Shown here piece by piece: positions 63,482-64,000 of a stretch of 64,000 bases of DNA. The position numbers and the translations under genes were made by a program. A model generated the notes under the pieces. That model searched no databases and was not told the origin of the DNA. It saw only the letters and a program-made list of their open reading frames with translations. The stretch covers positions 1,248,001 through 1,312,000 of the forward strand of contig OY970166.1 of assembly GCA_963706595.1 (NCBI GenBank). The letters are read 5' to 3'. Origin of the DNA: an uncultured cyanobacterium (GTDB taxonomy: Bacteria; Cyanobacteriota; Cyanobacteriia; Cyanobacteriales; Nostocaceae). Each line of letters opens with the position of its first letter. Position 1 is the first letter of the stretch.

Positions 63482-64000
63482 TTAGCCACCAAAACACAGT
63501 TCATAGTCTTCTGTGGTAATATCAGGGCTGGTTTTGAGATAATCCCCCAGGCGATCGCAAGCATGGTTCAGCAGCTGATCCAAGTTTAATGTTTGCAGTT
63601 CGATCTCCTCTAGGTTCCACAGTTTAATAGTGGCATCGTGACCCCCAGAAACTAGCATTTTACCGTCAGGACTGAAACTAACGCTTTTGACACCGCCATT
63701 ATGCCCAGAAAAGGTTTTCAGCAAAATCCCACTGCTAATATTCCAGAGTTTAATGGTATCATCCTCACTAGCCGAAGCGATCATTTTACCGTCCGGCGAG
63801 AAGCTAAGATTAGTCACCAAATCACTATGTCCCTGGAAAGTATGCAGCAGTGAACCATCTAAACCCCAGAGTTTCACAGTTTTGTCCTGACTCGCCGAAG
63901 CAATAGTTTGACCATCGGGAGCAAAATTAATATTCCAGACACTAGCACTGTGTCCTGAGAAAGTTTTCAGCAGCCGACCATCTCGGTTCCAGAATTTGAT
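63482..64000 (-). CDS. C-terminal part of a WD40-repeat protein, truncated by the window edge
   Basis: Repeated GH...V..FSPDGK.IAS.S.D.TIKLW; the frame continues to the window end. Confidence 0.9.
   Translation of the reverse strand: MKFWNRDGRLLKTFSGHSASVWNINFAPDGQTIASASQDKTVKLWGLDGSLLHTFQGHSDLVTNLSFSPDGKMIASASEDDTIKLWNISSGILLKTFSGHNGGVKSVSFSPDGKMLVSGGHDATIKLWNLEEIELQTLNLDQLLNHACDRLGDYLKTSPDITTEDYELCFGG

Noticed and set aside
1..64000. tRNA or rRNA genes
   Set aside because: No cloverleaf or rRNA-like sequence was recognised by eye; a tRNAscan/Infernal run would be needed to exclude them fully

Overview
A 64 kb chromosomal segment from a filamentous cyanobacterium, most likely Nostocales, inferred from frequent HIP1 octamers (GCGATCGC), heptamer STRR arrays and gene content. 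The main accessory element is an ~18.4 kb operon (10586-28967) between rnz and secA. It encodes the distal half of a contractile injection system (eCIS/phage-tail-like): tube-initiator-like, LysM, hub, spike, PAAR-like, gp25, two baseplate-J proteins, a frameshifted tail/baseplate protein, and a tail fibre with 6+ near-identical 83-aa repeats and an S74-type chaperone. I see no sheath, major tube, cap or AAA ATPase gene here. The baseplate proteins carry inserted Asp-box beta-propellers and a possible membrane anchor. A second module (47.3-58.3 kb) is a cobalt/corrinoid hub: a P1B-4 ATPase with a MerR-type operator, a CoaR-like MerR-CbiC regulator, and a cobalamin-riboswitch-controlled btuB-X-btuF-btuC operon, where X is a ChuX-like/2Fe-2S fusion. 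Also present are an IS630 sitting in a tandem of its own MITEs, many nested MITE/REP/short dispersed repeats (two in frame inside genes), a triply frameshifted RluA gene, a Tyr/Ser pseudo-orthocaspase, a PstS-like/DUF4912-repeat membrane protein, and housekeeping genes (rnz, secA, mtnP, sat, mnmA, msrB, glf, agmatinase). All family assignments come from recognising motifs by eye; no database search was run.
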